64,000 nt of DNA from Desulfatiglandales bacterium (GTDB lineage Bacteria; Desulfobacterota; DSM-4660; Desulfatiglandales; Desulfatiglandaceae): the NCBI GenBank assembly GCA_963662465.1, contig OY759599.1, positions 5,280,001 to 5,344,000 of the forward strand. The letters are read 5' to 3'. Position numbers and translations under genes: made by a program. Shown in pieces: positions 60,853 through 64,000 of the stretch. Every line of letters starts with the position of its first letter. Position 1 is the stretch's first letter. The notes under the pieces are model-generated. The model was not told the origin of the DNA, made no database searches, and worked only from the letters and a program-made list of their open reading frames with translations.

Positions 60853-61722
60853 ATGACATCTCAGGATCAAAAACGGGGGAACCTGTACGTGGTTGCAACG
60901 CCCATCGGCAACCTTGAAGACATCACCCTCAGGGCCTTGCGGATCTTAAAGGAAGTTGACCTGATCGCGGCTGAAAATGGGTCCCACACCAGGCGTCTCT
61001 GCGAACACTACGGCATCAAGACAAAGGTAACGACCTATAACCAGCATTCCCGGAAAGGCGCGACCGAACGGCTCATTGGGCAACTGGAAACCGGGATGGA
61101 AATAGCCCTTGTTTCCGATGCGGGGACCCCAGGCATTTCGGATCCGGGCATCATGCTCATTGCGGGCGCCATTGAACGGGAAATTCACATCACACCCATC
61201 CCGGGTCCATGCGCCGCCGTGGCGGCGCTATCCGTTTGCGGGGTTTCGACGGCGGGTTTCTGTTTCCTGGGGTTTTTGTCAAACCGCCCCGGAAAAAGAA
61301 AAAATGAGTTGACTGCTTTGGCTTCTGAAACACGCACCATGGTCTTTTATGAGTCTCCCCACAGAATCAGGGCAACACTTTCGGATATGGCGTTCGCCTT
61401 CGGCGCCAGGCAAATGGTCATGCTTCGGGAGATCACTAAGATATTCGAAGAAATACAACGTGGAACGGCGGCACAACTGCTGGAAATTTTGACGCCGGAA
61501 AAAACCAGAGGAGAATTTACGCTGGTGGTTTCAGGTGAAGCCGATAAAAAAAAATCAGATGATTTAAACGAGAGTACATTACGCGGCATTGAGGCGCTTC
61601 TAAACGAGAAAACAATGAGTGTCAAAGATATTGCAGCCTTCATTGCTGAAAAAGAAAACCTTGCTTACCGAAAAGTCTATAAAGAATGCCTTGCCCAAAA
61701 ACGGCTGTTAAAGGATTCATGA
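60853..61722 (+). CDS. rsmI: 16S rRNA C1402 2'-O-methyltransferase
   Basis: LYVVATPIGNLED, SDAGTPGISDPG, YESPHR. Confidence 0.96.
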   Translation: MTSQDQKRGNLYVVATPIGNLEDITLRALRILKEVDLIAAENGSHTRRLCEHYGIKTKVTTYNQHSRKGATERLIGQLETGMEIALVSDAGTPGISDPGIMLIAGAIEREIHITPIPGPCAAVAALSVCGVSTAGFCFLGFLSNRPGKRKNELTALASETRTMVFYESPHRIRATLSDMAFAFGARQMVMLREITKIFEEIQRGTAAQLLEILTPEKTRGEFTLVVSGEADKKKSDDLNESTLRGIEALLNEKTMSVKDIAAFIAEKENLAYRKVYKECLAQKRLLKDS

Positions 61723-61725
61723 ACA

Positions 61726-61998
61726 ATGGAAATGGTCAGGAGTCTAAAGATCCGAAATACGCTGGGGCTTCATGCGCGCGCCGCGGCGAAGATAGTAGCA
61801 TTAGCCAACCAATATGAATCCACGTTGTTTCTCAAAAAGGATGGACACCAGGTGGAGGGGTCCAACATTCTTTCCATCCTGACCTTGGCCTGTCCAAAAG
61901 GCACGGAGATGGAAGTTCGAATCATTGGAGAAGACTCGGAGCGTTTCATGGCGGAACTGGACGATCTGTTTGAAGGAAAATTCGGGGAGAACAAATGA
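61726..61998 (+). CDS. ptsH: Phosphocarrier protein HPr
   Basis: GLHARAA, FGE C-terminus. Confidence 0.93.
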   Translation: MEMVRSLKIRNTLGLHARAAAKIVALANQYESTLFLKKDGHQVEGSNILSILTLACPKGTEMEVRIIGEDSERFMAELDDLFEGKFGENK

Positions 61999-63773
61999 GC
62001 GACGACGCAGTTGCCGGTGAAAAATCTTTAAAGGGCATAGCCGTTTATCCAGGCATCGTCATCGGCAAAGCCCACCTGGTAGACAGAAGCAAAGTCAAAA
62101 TTCTCTATCAGTATCTGGTGAACACGGAGCATCTGAACGAAGAGGTGGAACGTTTTAAAGAGGCCCTTCGAGTGGTTGAAAACGAAATGCAGTCACTCAA
62201 AAATGGAATGGCGGAGAAAGTCAATGACCTCTCCTTTATTCTGGACAGCCATTTGATGATCCTCAAAGACAGTATGCTGCGGGATTCCACCATTCATACG
62301 ATCCAAAACGAGAAGATCAATGCCGAGTGGGCACTAAAAAAATCCTTAGGAAAAATCCGCAAGGTTTTCAGCCAGATTGATGATGAATACATCAGCACCC
62401 GCATCAGTGATGTGGAAAATGTCACGGAGAGAATTCAGAGAACCCTCTGCGGCAAGGCACAACAGAGCCTGGCTGAAATCGACAGAAGGGTCATCATCGT
62501 CGCCCATGACCTATCCCCAGCGGACACCACGGAACTGAACATCGGAAAAGTCATGGGCTTTATCACCGATGTAGGCGGCAGAACCTCCCATACGGCCATT
62601 ATGGCGCAGGCCCTGGAAATTCCAGCTGTTGTGGGCCTGGAGACAGCGACCCATCTAGTGGCGGATGGCGATCTCCTGATCGTGGACGGCAGCACCGGGG
62701 TGGTCGTCGTCAACCCCGATGACAGCGCCATCATTTATTACCAGGAGAAAAAACTTCAGCTGGAAGACTACCGATCGAGCATCGCCAGAGAGAGTCACCT
62801 TCCGGCCCTGACCCCTGACGGTCGACGGATATCCATCACGGCCAACATTGAATTCCTGGAAGAAGTAACGGCAGTGAGGGATTACGGGGGAGAGGGCATC
62901 GGCCTTTATCGGACGGAGTTTTTATACTTGAGATCCAGAGGTTTTCCGAAAGAAGAAGAGCTGTTTGAGGACTACCGTGAGGTGGCGGAACTCATGGCCC
63001 CTGATCCGGTGAACATTCGAACTTTGGATATCGGCGGCGATAAATTCGTATCGGAGCTTGAGATCACAAAGGAGATGAACCCGGCGCTGGGGCTCCGGGC
63101 CATACGGTTTTGCCTCAAGCAACCTGAAATATTCAAGACACAGCTTCGGGCCATTCTCAGGGCAAGTGTTTACGGCAATATTCGGTTGCTCTTCCCCATG
63201 ATATCCGGTTTGCGGGAACTTCTGGATGCAAAGGACATCCTAGCGCAGGTCAAAACGGATATGGACCGCGAACACATCCCCTATAATGACAAAATTGAAG
63301 TCGGCATCATGGTAGAAATTCCATCGGCCGTGGTTATGGCGGAAGTACTGGCCCGTTATGTGGATTTTTTCAGTATCGGGACTAACGATCTAATTCAGTA
63401 TACACTGGCCATTGACAGGGTCAATGAACACGTGGCACACATGTATCAGCCGTTTGATCCCGCTATTCTAAGAATGATTGGAACTGTGGCGGAAGCGGCC
63501 AAAAATGAGGGCATTCATGTCACCCTGTGCGGCGAAATGGCAGGCGATCCCCTTTGCGTTCCAATCCTTTTGGGACTCGGCCTTGACGGGCTCAGCATGA
63601 ATGCCAGGTCCATACCACTGATCAAAAAAATCGTGCGGGCTATGCCCATGACCCAGGCCCGGGATGACCTGAAGGAAATCATGCGTCTAAATACGGCCGA
63701 TGCGGTGCAGCAGTACCTTTTTAAACGCACCGGCGGAATGTTTCCCGAGTTAAGGGAAAAGGGGTACCTGTAG
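61995..63773 (+). CDS. ptsI: PTS enzyme I
   Basis: [38 protein letters not shown]. Confidence 0.96.
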   Translation: MSDDAVAGEKSLKGIAVYPGIVIGKAHLVDRSKVKILYQYLVNTEHLNEEVERFKEALRVVENEMQSLKNGMAEKVNDLSFILDSHLMILKDSMLRDSTIHTIQNEKINAEWALKKSLGKIRKVFSQIDDEYISTRISDVENVTERIQRTLCGKAQQSLAEIDRRVIIVAHDLSPADTTELNIGKVMGFITDVGGRTSHTAIMAQALEIPAVVGLETATHLVADGDLLIVDGSTGVVVVNPDDSAIIYYQEKKLQLEDYRSSIARESHLPALTPDGRRISITANIEFLEEVTAVRDYGGEGIGLYRTEFLYLRSRGFPKEEELFEDYREVAELMAPDPVNIRTLDIGGDKFVSELEITKEMNPALGLRAIRFCLKQPEIFKTQLRAILRASVYGNIRLLFPMISGLRELLDAKDILAQVKTDMDREHIPYNDKIEVGIMVEIPSAVVMAEVLARYVDFFSIGTNDLIQYTLAIDRVNEHVAHMYQPFDPAILRMIGTVAEAAKNEGIHVTLCGEMAGDPLCVPILLGLGLDGLSMNARSIPLIKKIVRAMPMTQARDDLKEIMRLNTADAVQQYLFKRTGGMFPELREKGYL

Positions 63774-63786
63774 GGAGACTTTGCAT

Positions 63787-64000
63787 ATGAAAATCGTTTG
63801 TCAGAACAAAAAAGCGAGTCATGAATACTTCCTGGATGAATTCTTTGAAGCGGGCCTGGTGCTTATGGGCGCCGAGGTGAAATCCCTGAGGGAGGGAAGG
63901 GGCAACCTGGTGGATAGTTATGCCAGGATAAAGCAGGGAGAAGTTTTCCTCCATCATATGCACATCACCCCCTACCCTTTTGCCCACCACATGGAAATGG
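63787..64000 (+). CDS. smpB: SsrA-binding protein; runs off the window end
   Basis: Manual reading: [15 protein letters not shown]...[17 protein letters not shown]. Confidence 0.93.
   Translation, partial: MKIVCQNKKASHEYFLDEFFEAGLVLMGAEVKSLREGRGNLVDSYARIKQGEVFLHHMHITPYPFAHHMEM

Overview
A 64-kb bacterial chromosomal window whose gene content points to a Desulfobacterota-type deltaproteobacterium (spdEFG1-type EF-G, DASS/two-component cluster, ffh-rpsP-khpA-rimM-trmD-SPOUT-rplS-rnhB-yraN-rsmI-ptsH-ptsI-smpB run); the taxonomy is inference. The main accessory feature is an apparently intact ~7.8-kb capsid-less integrated element (2435-10259) in tRNA-Arg(CCT). It has a perfect 54-bp att duplication, an intact tyrosine integrase with a consensus promoter and identical 26-bp arm-type repeats at both ends. 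It also encodes MerR-, XRE- and AlpA-like regulators, DUF4326, an LmbU-like protein and a CHC2-TOPRIM-DUF3987 primase. It carries two distant copies of one 9-bp iteron-like family (a P4 ori/crr-like layout) plus two further repeat families without an obvious partner protein. Relics of other elements flank it: a deleted integrase at tRNA-Ala(CGC) and a divergent arm scar past attR. Other observations: a possible RNA switch before fusA, four unrelated heptamer-repeat arrays at operon junctions (one apparently translated into TamA), a nested REP/MITE, an AT-rich glycosyltransferase cluster, and a toxin-antitoxin islet with a toxin cut off at a group II intron-like fragment. All protein calls come from motif recognition; no searches were run.
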